Shown here: in pieces, positions 19,154 through 29,744 of the stretch | How positions within the stretch are numbered: position 1 is the stretch's first letter | How the letters are laid out: each line of letters begins with the position of its first letter | Virus record (IMG/VR): IMGVR_UViG_3300027861_000017 | Coordinates: 1 to 64,000 of that record | Direction: 5' to 3' (one strand) | DNA: 64,000 nt | DNA from: a virus | Program-made: the position numbers and the translations under genes | The notes under the pieces: model-generated | The model's database searches: none | Seen by the model: the letters and a program-made list of their open reading frames with translations, nothing else | What the model was told of the DNA's origin: nothing

Positions 19154-19729
19154 CTATTTTTTTATCAAAATCAAAGAAACTGGATGTAGGCCATTCTTTT
19201 TATTATTATAATTAAATTCTTTTTGCGTATAAGAATCTTTCATATTGTAAATAGCAGGAGTCCATGTTTGTGTTTCACAAAAATAAATACCTTTCTCATG
19301 GAAATATTTTAAATACTTCCAATCATCATATCCATTCTTTCTACCATTTAATTGATACGGCTCTGGTAATTTGTGTGTTTCCCTTAAATAATATACAGCT
19401 TCTGATACAATTAACATATCATCTATAATACCGAGATCTATTATATCTTCATCTCTATTATATTGAGAATATTTATCTACTAATTCTTCTTCATCGCCAC
19501 AATCACAAGATGGTTGATTCCAATTCAAATCAACCCCTCTAATTTGATAATCACCCCATTCATTCAATAAATATAATAGTAAATTTTTTTGCGAATCAGA
19601 CAATGTATTTATGAATTTTTTTATTTTAACGTCTGTGACGAATTGCATTTTCCTGAAACAGTTATCATCGCAAAAACCACCATAATCATAAAAATTTACA
19701 CCACAATAACTACATTTATTACTAACCAT
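19154..19729 (-). CDS. Hypothetical Cys-containing protein
   Basis: CSYC...FCDDNC N-terminus; G-rich RBS. Confidence 0.6.
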   Translation of the reverse strand: MVSNKCSYCGVNFYDYGGFCDDNCFRKMQFVTDVKIKKFINTLSDSQKNLLLYLLNEWGDYQIRGVDLNWNQPSCDCGDEEELVDKYSQYNRDEDIIDLGIIDDMLIVSEAVYYLRETHKLPEPYQLNGRKNGYDDWKYLKYFHEKGIYFCETQTWTPAIYNMKDSYTQKEFNYNNKKNGLHPVSLILIKK

Positions 19730-19741
19730 GATACCCCCCCG

Positions 19742-20092
19742 TTATAAGCACTTTAATAAAGCCAACTCAACATTTAAATCCAATTAATTATAATCAATCT
19801 TACCACTCCATTTAGCATAATCATTCCAATATTTTTGAAAAAAAATGATCTGTTCCTTACTCAATGATCCAAAGAAATTTTCAATATTGGTAGATATTTG
19901 TTTTTTCAAAAATTAATGGCATTGATCTGAGCATATATTATAATATTGATATTCTTTTTGATTTAATGATGCTTCTACATCATTGTATTCTTGACGATCA
20001 TCAAACATTTCTATATCTGCGCTATAATATTTATACCCCTTACTACATTGAATACGTTTTTTATTCTCAATAAATATTTTATCTTACTTCAT
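19742..20092 (-). pseudogene. Interrupted gene with three in-frame TAA stops, partly homologous to 19154..19729
   Basis: GGGGGAG RBS plus ATG; 116-codon frame with TAA at codons 3, 60 and 103; ICSDQCH*FLKK...IENFFGSLSKEQ resembles FCDDNCFRK...IKKFINTLSDSQ. Confidence 0.65.
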
Positions 20093-20140
20093 AGCTCCCC
20101 CTTATTTTATTCCTGACACAAATATGTGTATCTTTTTGTG

Positions 20141-21202
20141 TCAAAGAATCCCCTTTAATATCTTACATACCTTCATTATATCCTTCTCTTCATTTAATGT
20201 AGAAGAAGGGAGGCATGCCCCGTTATTGTATAGCTCTATTCCAACCTTAAAATTAGGTTCGTTGAACTCATCTTCGCAATACAGATCCATCAATGCCAAT
20301 GGTGAGAACACCTTCCTAAAAGGAATCCCCTGAGACATCAACACTATATGTAAATTTGATTCGTGAGTGGCTGCTGTAAACCAGTAGTTAGGAGTGTATT
20401 CGGGAGAAGTTTCCTGAAAATCAAGCTTCGAGTCAAGTTCGTTCCTGTATATCTCATGTATTTTGCGTTTCTTGTTTATAAATTCATGCATGCGCTCTAA
20501 TTGTGATAAGCCTAGAGCTGCTTGCATACCGTTCATTTTATAGTTGTATCCACAGCTCTCAAAATCACCAAACTCACTACGCCCTACGTTTACTATTTCC
20601 CTAGCCCATTTCATGTCTCTATATTTACTAGTAATCAAACCACCGCTACCGGTAGTCATTATCTTATTACCATTGAAACTATAGCATACATAATCTGCCA
20701 TCTCAGGGAGCATGTTGCCCCACATATCTTTAGACCCCAAGCTTTCGCATGAATCTGAAATCCAAATCAATTCGTGCTCAGTAACAAATTTATGCAAATC
20801 CCAACATGGCATGCCGTAAAGATCAACAGACATTATAGCCTTTGTCTTATCAGTTAGTGCATTTTTTGCACAAGTTGGATCTATACACCACAACAAAGGG
20901 TCTACATCAACAAAAACCGGTGTAGCACCTACATATTTAATAGCGTTTGCAGTGGCTATAAACGTCGTGGCTGGGAGTATTACCTCATCACCTCTTCCTA
21001 TACCGGCTGCTAGTAAAGCTACGTGTAGTGCTGATGTACCTGAGTTGGTGGCTATTGTTTCATCTACACCTAAATACTTGGCGCACTCAACTTCGAAATT
21101 AGAAACCATATCGCTTCTAGAAGATATATCCCCTTTACACATTAACCTTTCTACATTCTTAATATCTATAGGATCTATATTGGAATCATCTAGAAACATC
21201 AC
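20141..21202 (-). CDS. legC: PLP-dependent sugar aminotransferase (DegT/DnrJ family, LegC-like)
   Basis: ATNSGTSALHVAL, TFIATANAI, DSCESLGS, YSFNGNKIMTTGSGG (LegC-type Schiff-base Lys motif), GYNYKM, CLPSS. Confidence 0.85.
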   Translation of the reverse strand: MMFLDDSNIDPIDIKNVERLMCKGDISSRSDMVSNFEVECAKYLGVDETIATNSGTSALHVALLAAGIGRGDEVILPATTFIATANAIKYVGATPVFVDVDPLLWCIDPTCAKNALTDKTKAIMSVDLYGMPCWDLHKFVTEHELIWISDSCESLGSKDMWGNMLPEMADYVCYSFNGNKIMTTGSGGLITSKYRDMKWAREIVNVGRSEFGDFESCGYNYKMNGMQAALGLSQLERMHEFINKKRKIHEIYRNELDSKLDFQETSPEYTPNYWFTAATHESNLHIVLMSQGIPFRKVFSPLALMDLYCEDEFNEPNFKVGIELYNNGACLPSSTLNEEKDIMKVCKILKGIL

Positions 21203-21209
21203 TCCCCCC

Positions 21210-22265
21210 TCAAAATAGATCGTGAAACCCCTTCTTCATATTAATGTCAGGTAATTTATTAAGAATTGTAGATAGTATCTTCCAAGCCACATTACCACCA
21301 AGATATGGAGTATTGTATGGATTATTAATCTCATCTTGAAAATCTTCACTATATAACTCTTCCACGGATTCTCTTATACTGTCTGGTGTGGTATCTGCTA
21401 TTATTATACTATCTGCTAATTCTCTGCCTAATTGCCTATCCCCTAGCAATATAGTTGGTACTCCTAAAGCTGGAGCTTCTATAACACTTGAGCTGGAATT
21501 ACCTATTATGAAATCTGATTGTTTTAACATATTGAGATAGGCTTCTCTAGGATAGCTACTGCTGGCCTCTTTGTTTTTGTTTTTATGGGAGCCTTTATCT
21601 AATCCTGAGTTAATAACCTTTACGTATAGTTTGAGTTCGAAAGTCAAAAAACTGTATAAATCCAGATGGTTGTAATCTCCCAATGTTTCTGGGTGCTGTA
21701 TTAAAACACAACTCTTATTGTTCTCGTAGCCAACCCTTCTAGTTAAACCATCGCAACCTAAAGCACCTACATTAAATACTGTATCTGGATGTTCACCTAA
21801 TTGTATAACACGGTCTCTATATGGTTCAGCAGCTACAAAATGCAACTGAGACATCTTTGTTATCGAGTGCCTGAATGCATCATCGTAAGCCCCTGCTGTA
21901 ACTTCGCCACCATGTATATGGATGATAGGAATGTTAAATATGTGAGCAGCACTACATATGGCAAAGACTTCAAAACGATCACCAAGGGCAATAAGACAAT
22001 GAGGCTTAGTCCTACTAAAGACTTCTGCGACACCGATTTGAGCGAGTCCCATACTCTTTGCAATAGCTTCTGGAGTGTCACTTGATAATAGTATTTCAAT
22101 TGTCTCATGTGGACATTCTATTTCCTTTACAGTGTAGCCATGTTCGTAGCATAGATGTGAGCCTGTCACTATTAGGTTTAAGCTCTCTTTTGGAATCAAC
22201 TCCAAAAGTGGTTTCAATAATCCGTAATCAGCTCTGGATGATGTAGCGACTGCTATTCTTACCAT
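21210..22265 (-). CDS. neuC: Hydrolysing NDP-GlcNAc/Bac 2-epimerase (NeuC/LegG family)
   Basis: TSSRADYGLL, VTGSHL, LGDRFE, HIHGGEVTAGAYDDAFRHSITKMS, IGNSSS, GDRQLGR. Confidence 0.92.
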   Translation of the reverse strand: MVRIAVATSSRADYGLLKPLLELIPKESLNLIVTGSHLCYEHGYTVKEIECPHETIEILLSSDTPEAIAKSMGLAQIGVAEVFSRTKPHCLIALGDRFEVFAICSAAHIFNIPIIHIHGGEVTAGAYDDAFRHSITKMSQLHFVAAEPYRDRVIQLGEHPDTVFNVGALGCDGLTRRVGYENNKSCVLIQHPETLGDYNHLDLYSFLTFELKLYVKVINSGLDKGSHKNKNKEASSSYPREAYLNMLKQSDFIIGNSSSSVIEAPALGVPTILLGDRQLGRELADSIIIADTTPDSIRESVEELYSEDFQDEINNPYNTPYLGGNVAWKILSTILNKLPDINMKKGFHDLF

Positions 22266-22933
22266 GCAGTATAGCCCCCATCTACTGGAAGCTCAATGCC
22301 TGTTACGTAATCATTCTCAGCTAAAAATAAAGCTGCGTGAGCTACTTCTTTTGCCTCGGCCATCCGTAACAATGGTACCCTGCATATATACTGATCATAA
22401 AAATTAATATCACGCTCTTCGTGATTATCATTGACCCCACCAGCTATAATAGTATTTGCTCTTACGCCATGTTGTCCAAAGCGTGTAGCTAAGGCTTTTG
22501 TCATGGCGTTGATGGCACCTTTAACCATGCAATATTCTACGGAGGGTTCGCTTATCTCATCACCTGGTGTGTATAGGTATGGGTATGTTCCCCTTACACC
22601 ATATATAGAGGACATGTTAATTATACTGCCGCCGCCATTTTCTCCCATAGCCATAGCAGCGTATGTAGAAATAATATTATAAGCGACTAAATGATCATTC
22701 CATACAGGAGGATATATAGAATTAATCCATATATCATCTTTGTTCAATTTGTCAAAGAGCTGTTCGAATTCTTCCGTGTTGAAGAACTCCATGTTAAAAT
22801 CTATAACGATATCAGCATCTTCGGATCTATCTAGGTTGGTGACTTGATACTTTTTCTCTTTAAAAGCATCTACTATAGCCCTACCTATAAGACCACTTCC
22901 TCCAGTTACGTATACATGTCTCCCCTTAGACAT
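22259..22933 (-). CDS. Short-chain dehydrogenase/reductase, PtmA/ElaC-like
   Basis: VTGGSGLIG, INMSSIYG, YCMVKGA (YxxxK), VTGIELPVDGG; start placed after the GGGGG RBS. Confidence 0.8.
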   Translation of the reverse strand: MSKGRHVYVTGGSGLIGRAIVDAFKEKKYQVTNLDRSEDADIVIDFNMEFFNTEEFEQLFDKLNKDDIWINSIYPPVWNDHLVAYNIISTYAAMAMGENGGGSIINMSSIYGVRGTYPYLYTPGDEISEPSVEYCMVKGAINAMTKALATRFGQHGVRANTIIAGGVNDNHEERDINFYDQYICRVPLLRMAEAKEVAHAALFLAENDYVTGIELPVDGGYTAW

Positions 22934-22952
22934 TTTCATCCCCCTTTTGTAA

Positions 22953-23004
22953 TAAAAAATTGGGCTGGCTTTTGTAACCAAGCCGGAGTTACCAGCTTCC
23001 GGCT
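22953..23004 (-). promoter_or_regulatory. Candidate terminator/antiterminator or pseudoknot leader upstream of the SDR-neuC-legC genes
   Basis: GC-rich island in an AT-rich gap; AGCCGGA/UCCGGCU hairpin overlaps GGCU(U)GGUU/AGCCAGCC hairpin plus a U6 tract. Confidence 0.4.
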
Positions 23005-23184
23005 ATGAAAAATATTCTTTAATATTAGGTGGAATATAACTAATTTTAACAGTTATTTTATAATATAACCAAATTAAATTAAAATGAAATTAAGCATCAT
23101 TTAAATTAATGTAGTTATTTCAAACATTTATATTTTACAATTTATTTTTTTAAAAAATAAAATGAACGTTTAAAAGTGATATTT

Positions 23185-24264
23185 TTATCCTTTGATGACA
23201 ATTAGGGGTTTAAAATGATCTATAATGTCAACTAAAATTCCATCTTGAGCTGCTAATACATAATTGATATCTTTGTAGGCATCTTTAGCTTCTGCTATAA
23301 ATTTTATATCGGTTGGTGCTCTTATGCCATCCATTTCATTGACAAATTTATCATGATCTAATTCTCTTTTAGCTTGACCTCTACTCATCTTCCTCCCTGC
23401 CCCATGTGAAGCTGAACTTAAAAACTCCTCATTGCCTAATCCTCTAGTTATATAAACTCCGTCATGCATATTTGCTGGGATTATACCTATCTGATCTTTA
23501 TCTGCTGGTGTAGCCCCCTTCCTATGTAGAACGCCATCTTTAGTTATTACGGCATGATTATGGTTTTCATTGATGATATTGATATTCTTTTTATTGAATG
23601 GCAACATCATAGCTTTATACATGCTTTCCATAATCCTCATTCTGTTATCTAAAGCAAACTGTAAAGCCCAATTCATATCAGCCATAAACGCACTACCAAT
23701 ATCTGAGTCTATTTTGACTGGACCTCCTGTTAAGCGCATATATAAATCACCAATATTATATCCAGCCTTCCTTGACCCACTATGTATTGTTATCCCGATA
23801 AAGCCATCTTCATTAACTCCCACCTCGCAAAAGTGGTTATTTTGCCCCATAGTGCCTAGTTGTGTAGAAGCTTTATAACGTACTGCATCATGTAGAGCTG
23901 CAAATTTAGATTTATTGGGAAATTTTTTATCATATTTTATTGGTTTATCGAGCGAATTAAATCCAACTGGAATGAAACTATATAACCTTTCTTCTATTTC
24001 CCCCAATGATAATTTCAAATCATCTACATAAGTGTCTGTATTGACATGACATAAACCGCATCCCTGGTCAAATCCAACTGCTCCAGGCCACACATACCCA
24101 TCCAGTAAAGCTACTCCACCTATAGGTAAATCATAACCAGCATGAACATCTGGCATTATAGCTAGTTTCTTCAAGAACGGAAGTTCTAGGGCAGCTTCTA
24201 TCTGCTCCCAAGCTGTAGCCTCTATATCTTCCTTTGGTAATGTCAGTTTTAATCTATCATCCAT
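23185..24264 (-). CDS. rtcB: RNA ligase RtcB
   Basis: IMPDVHAG, GTMGQNNHFCE, HSGSR, NHNHA, HRKGAT, SASHGAGR. Confidence 0.93.
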   Translation of the reverse strand: MDDRLKLTLPKEDIEATAWEQIEAALELPFLKKLAIMPDVHAGYDLPIGGVALLDGYVWPGAVGFDQGCGLCHVNTDTYVDDLKLSLGEIEERLYSFIPVGFNSLDKPIKYDKKFPNKSKFAALHDAVRYKASTQLGTMGQNNHFCEVGVNEDGFIGITIHSGSRKAGYNIGDLYMRLTGGPVKIDSDIGSAFMADMNWALQFALDNRMRIMESMYKAMMLPFNKKNINIINENHNHAVITKDGVLHRKGATPADKDQIGIIPANMHDGVYITRGLGNEEFLSSASHGAGRKMSRGQAKRELDHDKFVNEMDGIRAPTDIKFIAEAKDAYKDINYVLAAQDGILVDIIDHFKPLIVIKG

Positions 24265-24840
24265 TTTGATTCCCTCTATTTTATAATACCAAGATCAAGC
24301 TCTCGCACAAACCACCCATATTTTTCTTCAATCTTCTCTTCTATATGCTCTCTTATTGTGGCAGGATCTATTTTGGTTTCTGAATATGATGTATAGAATA
24401 CGCCATCTCTACTATAATTATCGCCAACAGCCACTGATATACATTCTTTACCAATAACATTATAACTACTATAGGAACCGGAATCCTTCTCAAGCTTAGT
24501 CCAGCTATCATTATCAAGAATCACATATTTATCATTCTGGATCAATATGTTAAATTCTTTGATCTCGAATACATCTTTCTCCCACTCATATTCTCCAGGT
24601 TCCCTGTAGATCTTCACTTGGTGATAGAATACCATATCCATCTAGATCTCCTCTATATCATATATTTTAGGTTTACGTTTAACTATCTTTATTAATTTGT
24701 ACACCTCTATATCTTCTTCACCTTCATTCATCCATTCGTCTAGTGTTACATCTAGATCTTCCCTGCCTTCAATTGAAAGTTCGCTATCTGGTCGTATTAT
24801 AATGAATCTCTCTATTTTCTCACTCTTCTTTGCTGCCATA

Positions 24841-25278
24841 TTATTTCTCCCCCCAAAACCATCGCCTCTTACTTAACATTTTCCTCAACGGATATATACA
24901 GGACCAAGTTACATCCTCCCATAATGTAAACCCTGCTGGCACATCTCCTAGCACACGGGCACCAGCTCCTATAACCGCTCCCTCCCCTATCGTGACATTC
25001 GGAAAAATGATCGAACCCGCTCCCACACAGGCACCAGCCTTGATATGCACAGGACCACGCTTGTTATCAATAGTGTTAACACTATAAATATAACAACCTC
25101 CACCGATTTGAACATCTCTTTCAATTGTAACACCTTCTTGTGCTTGAATATATGTGCCATATCCTATATCTGTGTTCTCCTCCAATATGAAATTATCCAC
25201 TCCCTTAACAACCCATCCGTATTTACATGGTCTACCGTCTTCTAGTTCTGGGGCTTGCCAGTTTTCAAATCTTATCAT
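24841..25278 (-). CDS. Left-handed beta-helix acyltransferase
   Basis: Hexapeptide repeats (VTIERDVQIGGG, GACVGAGSIIFPNVTIGEGAVIGAGARV). Confidence 0.85.
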   Translation of the reverse strand: MIRFENWQAPELEDGRPCKYGWVVKGVDNFILEENTDIGYGTYIQAQEGVTIERDVQIGGGCYIYSVNTIDNKRGPVHIKAGACVGAGSIIFPNVTIGEGAVIGAGARVLGDVPAGFTLWEDVTWSCIYPLRKMLSKRRWFWGEK

Positions 25279-26500
25279 TATAGTTTCCTTTGTATATCTA
25301 TACCTTCTAAAGATTCTATAAGGGCAAATAGTGGTCCAAGCATTATAGATATCAAGAGACCCAAAAACAATAGACTTAAACATATAATTTTGCCCCTATA
25401 CCATCTTATTGAATATAATAATATAGTCAAAGATATTCCAGATATAGGCCATAATAATAAAAGCTCAGTTGACATTTATATACCCCCTTGGATAGTACAT
25501 CATCATCTTAGACTCATCCCAATGTTCTTCTGGATACTCCCTATTTGTTAAAGGGACAACTTTCTGGTCCAGCATTTACTCCTGGTTCTTCTCCATGTTT
25601 TGAAAGTAACTCTTCTATAACTCTCTCGTCAAAGAAGCCATCTTTAATCATAAACAATGAATTCTCAAAAAGTTCATTATATACTAAATAATCTGAGTCA
25701 TTAGCATAAAAATCTGGTTCAGCAGATGGACCTTTGAGACAACTTAAATATCTGTCTCTATCACTATCACACACTATTGTAATACCTATATCATATTCTA
25801 CTCCAACTAAATGCCCTATTATTTCCGTTCCCTTATAGTTTATAAATCTTATTGTTCTACCTTCAAACTTCTCGTAATCCATATTATTTCTCCCTTTCTA
25901 TAACTTCTGCTAATGACAATAAGACTGTTTTGATCATATCGTTTATTGAATGATTTCCACCCTCTTTGGTTTTATTCATATATAGTTTAGTTACGTCATC
26001 GTGGTGTTTCATGTATTGGAGGGAGGTGTAGGGTATCTCTCCTATCTCCTCTGATCCGATTAATAACATTTGACTACGCATACCATTCTTAACAAGCCAT
26101 ATGCCATCAGAGGGGAAGCCGGTGAACTCAGTGCCTACTTCTTTGTATCTTTTACCTACTTTTCTATATAATTTATCCATTATCTCCCTCAATACAATCT
26201 TCCCTAAATATTATCCCTAACTTATCAGAAAGTCTTTTATACTCTTCTGATTCTTCATCGCCAGCCACGAAAAATGAATAATACTCCAAATCTTCATCAA
26301 ACCATTCAGATAAAAACTTATCTTTAGATATGCCAAACTCCACTTGCATAGCCATTTCTTCTGAAACTGGGTCAAACAACTCGTGCCAATATAGACCATC
26401 GTGCTTTGAAAAATCCCAATAAATCTTATAACCTAAGCTTTCAAACATTTCTATTAAGTCTGATTTGTCTAGGTTGGGGTTTAATATTTGTTCTGTCATT

Positions 26501-26872
26501 TTATTCTCTCTCCCACTCGTGTGTGTGATTAGGCTTATCTTTACCCTCAAGAGCTTTCTTAACTTTCTTCTTGAATCTAACCGCCTTTCTTAATATTAAA
26601 ACAACACAAAGCCATATTGAAGCTACAATAACTAGGGGCCATATTAACATTGATATTAGAACAATAAACGCAAAAAGAACTGGGTAAAGAATTAATTCTG
26701 CCCCGCCCAGATCACCTATAAAATCTAATTTACGTATAAAATTCGGTATAAAGAGGCTTAACTTTTCATCGTTTATTGATTGTAAAGATAAATAAATAGC
26801 GTTAACGCTAAAAAATATCAACAATATTGCTCCACACACTATGCCAGTAACTTGCATTCCTATCTCGTACAT
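26501..26872 (-). CDS. Membrane protein, tandem paralog of 26872..27231
   Basis: TM segments; shared tail VR.[KR]KKV.K.L.GK..PNHTHEWE. Confidence 0.7.
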   Translation of the reverse strand: MYEIGMQVTGIVCGAILLIFFSVNAIYLSLQSINDEKLSLFIPNFIRKLDFIGDLGGAELILYPVLFAFIVLISMLIWPLVIVASIWLCVVLILRKAVRFKKKVKKALEGKDKPNHTHEWERE

Positions 26873-27231
26873 TATTTCTCCTCCCATTCGTGTGTGTGAT
26901 TAGGATCTTCTTTACCACTAAGAGTCTTGTTAACCTTCTTACGTAGTCTTACAAAGCCACGTAGAGAGTACAAGCTTAGATATCCAATGCCACACAATAT
27001 AGCTGGCAACCATAAAAAGCCTACAACGTAACCAATGGGAAATAAAAGCACACAAACTAGCGGCATAGGCATATCGTGGAATCCACTAGGCAAGCTGGGC
27101 CACCATTTAAAATCACTATCTTCAACCCAAGCCTTAGCCCATATAACTGTATTAGTAATACCAAGAAAAATACCTGTTACTACAAATATATCCATTACAA
27201 AAAAAGCAATACTTAAATATAAATCATTCAT
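26872..27231 (-). CDS. Membrane protein, tandem paralog of 26501..26872
   Basis: TM segments; tail VRLRKKVNKTLSGKEDPNHTHEWEEK. Confidence 0.7.
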   Translation of the reverse strand: MNDLYLSIAFFVMDIFVVTGIFLGITNTVIWAKAWVEDSDFKWWPSLPSGFHDMPMPLVCVLLFPIGYVVGFLWLPAILCGIGYLSLYSLRGFVRLRKKVNKTLSGKEDPNHTHEWEEK

Positions 27232-27273
27232 CTCTTTACCCCTCCTTATCTAATATACAACTTTCAAACATAT

Positions 27274-27987
27274 TTATTCACCCTTATCTAATATGTATCG
27301 TTTGTGTAACATCTCTGCTATTTGAAAGTCTACCTCGCTATCTATATCGAAAGCTTGCCAGTCTTCCATGTATAAAGGATAGTTCTTACTATTTAGCACA
27401 TTGTTTATACCTTTGTCAAGCCATTTCTTATTGTATACGTATATACTTGCATTCATTTCATGTATTGCAGGAGCGTCCTGTCTCCTGAGATAATCACCTT
27501 CACACGCAGTCTTAGATTGACCAAATCTGTCAGTTGTTACCATGTTGAAGTAGGGGTTTTTCCTGGCAGGGGATACAGAGAATACCACATCGAGTGTGGA
27601 TCTATTGTTCATCATCTCGTGCATACCAACCGCCTCATGGATGTTGATCATAGTTCTTAGTGGTGCTGATACATCTAGGTCTATTACGGTGTCGTATTCC
27701 CCCCCATACTCGGCTTCAGCAGCAGACACAGCCTCACGTATAGCTTCTATCTTAGGAGTGTCGTCTTGGGCTAGTTTAGGGTCTCTATCGTGGTGATATA
27801 CTCCGTAGGCGTTGCAGAAATGTTTCATACCATCGTAATCAGTTGATACCACTATATCAGCATCCCCATAGATGATAGCTTGAAGGAATGTCCAGTTTAT
27901 TAAAGGTTGGCCATTCATGTCTTTCATGTTTTTGTCAGGGAGTCCTTTAGACCCCTTACGTGCTAGTATTGTTATCAACTTATTCAC
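27274..27987 (-). CDS. neuA: Acylneuraminate cytidylyltransferase (CMP-NulO synthetase; NeuA/LegF/PtmB family)
   Basis: ILARKGSKGLPDKN, VVSTD, DLDVSAPLR, ARKNPYFNMV, RRQDAP, MNASIY, DIDSEVDF. Confidence 0.92.
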   Translation of the reverse strand: MNKLITILARKGSKGLPDKNMKDMNGQPLINWTFLQAIIYGDADIVVSTDYDGMKHFCNAYGVYHHDRDPKLAQDDTPKIEAIREAVSAAEAEYGGEYDTVIDLDVSAPLRTMINIHEAVGMHEMMNNRSTLDVVFSVSPARKNPYFNMVTTDRFGQSKTACEGDYLRRQDAPAIHEMNASIYVYNKKWLDKGINNVLNSKNYPLYMEDWQAFDIDSEVDFQIAEMLHKRYILDKGE

Positions 27988-28598
27988 TATATTACTCCTC
28001 CCAAAATCTACTAAATTTCATTACTGATTTGTCACAGTCAGGGTACGTATCTAATATATATTTCTTCCAAGCTTCAAAGATTCTATCTCTATATTTATCT
28101 CCAGATAAATTCTTGATTATATGATAACATTCTTCAAGAGCTTCATGAGCGTCACCTAAATTATCTATTAAATCTATACCGATAAAATTATTATTGTGAT
28201 CGGTTATATGTCTATAAGATCCTGCCATTATGCGTCCTCGTTTTCTGGTAGGTTGGCTATCTGTAGTGCTATTTCGGATCTAAGTTTCATATCTCCCTCT
28301 GCGCCAGCTATCATGTATAAATCGTATAAGCCGGTATCATCTTGATGGTCACAACGTCCTCCTGGCCATATTACTGGGCATGCGCTACATCCACCATAAA
28401 TACCTGATGCGTATTGGCAACAGAAACAATCAGCATTAACTTCGTCTATAGTTCCACCGTGGAACTTCCACCTAAGCCAATTCCATTTATGTTTCTCTGG
28501 GTTCTTTGCAAGCCATGTCCATAGCTCTCTGTGCATTTTTATTGCGTATTGTTTATTCATTATTCTTCTCCCAGTCTATATTATATATTCAACATGTA

Positions 28599-28859
28599 TC
28601 ACTTTAAAATATCTAGTATTTTATTAAGAAACGATTTCCTTTCAGGTGCTTTCTTATTGTGTGTACGCTTTCTCAACATTGTAAAATCTTCACATTGCCC
28701 TGATTTATTTTTATCTCCAGGGTTTAAACAACATCTTGAGATGATACCAAGATGTGTCACTGTCTCATATATATTATCGGGATGCAGACAATGTTCTGAG
28801 TCTCTTCCGCCATATCCATAATCTTTATAATATTCACAATCTGGACAAAAATTAGCCAC
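28599..28859 (-). CDS. Small Cys/His-rich protein (module shared with the tagged membrane proteins)
   Basis: FCPDCEYY...CLHPDN...NKSGQCEDF. Confidence 0.6.
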   Translation of the reverse strand: MANFCPDCEYYKDYGYGGRDSEHCLHPDNIYETVTHLGIISRCCLNPGDKNKSGQCEDFTMLRKRTHNKKAPERKSFLNKILDILK

Positions 28860-29234
28860 CTATATTTCCTCCCACTCTATATCTATTATATTCTCTAATA
28901 GTTTCTGTTTTATAACCCAGTCCAATGATACTGGGATCTTGTAACTACCAAAATCTTCATGTAATTCATTATCATATATTACAAGATGTTTGTCGAATGT
29001 TATGTTGTTTATCTTTATAGATTTCTTATTCATCTTCATCAAGCTTGTACCCCTCCTGTTTTATATAAAAACCACCGGTGCCATTTGATTTTTCTAACCA
29101 TTCATCGAGGCATTTATGTAGAAACTTTTTATATTCTAAGTCATTCATATGTTTGGAATCACAATCAGGTGGGCATATGTCGGAGTGTATACCTATTTTA
29201 CCATCTCTATCATACATAGATTCAGCGTGGACTT

Positions 29235-29744
29235 TCATTTTTTATCTCTCTCCTCTACCGCTTCATCTAGCTCTTCTAGAATTTCGGGGATGGGTCTGGT
29301 TGTTGTTTTAGGCGTATTTTCTTGTATTGGTTCACCATTTAATGTGGTTCTAGCTAGATTGTTTTTTATATATAGTTTATCTTTTATATATCCGAACACA
29401 CTGAAACCTAAAATACCTACACATGTAATTAGATAATAAGGTGATAAAATGGTGCAACATAATACATATACAAACAAACACAATAAAGCAATTAAACACC
29501 ACCTGATATCCCAATGTACCGAGTATCCTAAAAATAAACTTAATATCCTAGGCATATATTTATAATTTTTACAATTATTATTATGATTAATATGATCACA
29601 AGTTGAAATGGAATATAAATTCCATTTAGAATAATTACTGGCTGACCTTCTCATTTTGTTTTCTAGATTGGAAGGATGATAGCAATGACCCCAACCAGAA
29701 AGAAGTTCTTTATATTGACATGTGTCGCAATATACTTTAGTCAT
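29235..29744 (-). CDS. Cys-module plus 2-TM protein with conserved C-terminal helix tag
   Basis: YCDTCQY...CYHPSN; TM pair; IPEILEELDEAVEER. Confidence 0.75.
   Translation of the reverse strand: MTKVYCDTCQYKELLSGWGHCYHPSNLENKMRRSASNYSKWNLYSISTCDHINHNNNCKNYKYMPRILSLFLGYSVHWDIRWCLIALLCLFVYVLCCTILSPYYLITCVGILGFSVFGYIKDKLYIKNNLARTTLNGEPIQENTPKTTTRPIPEILEELDEAVEERDKK

Noticed and set aside
22960-23004. Twister, HDV/theta ribozyme or guanidine-III/SAM-II riboswitch
   Set aside because: The conserved catalytic or ligand-binding nucleotides and helix order could not be matched; kept only as an unassigned structured leader.
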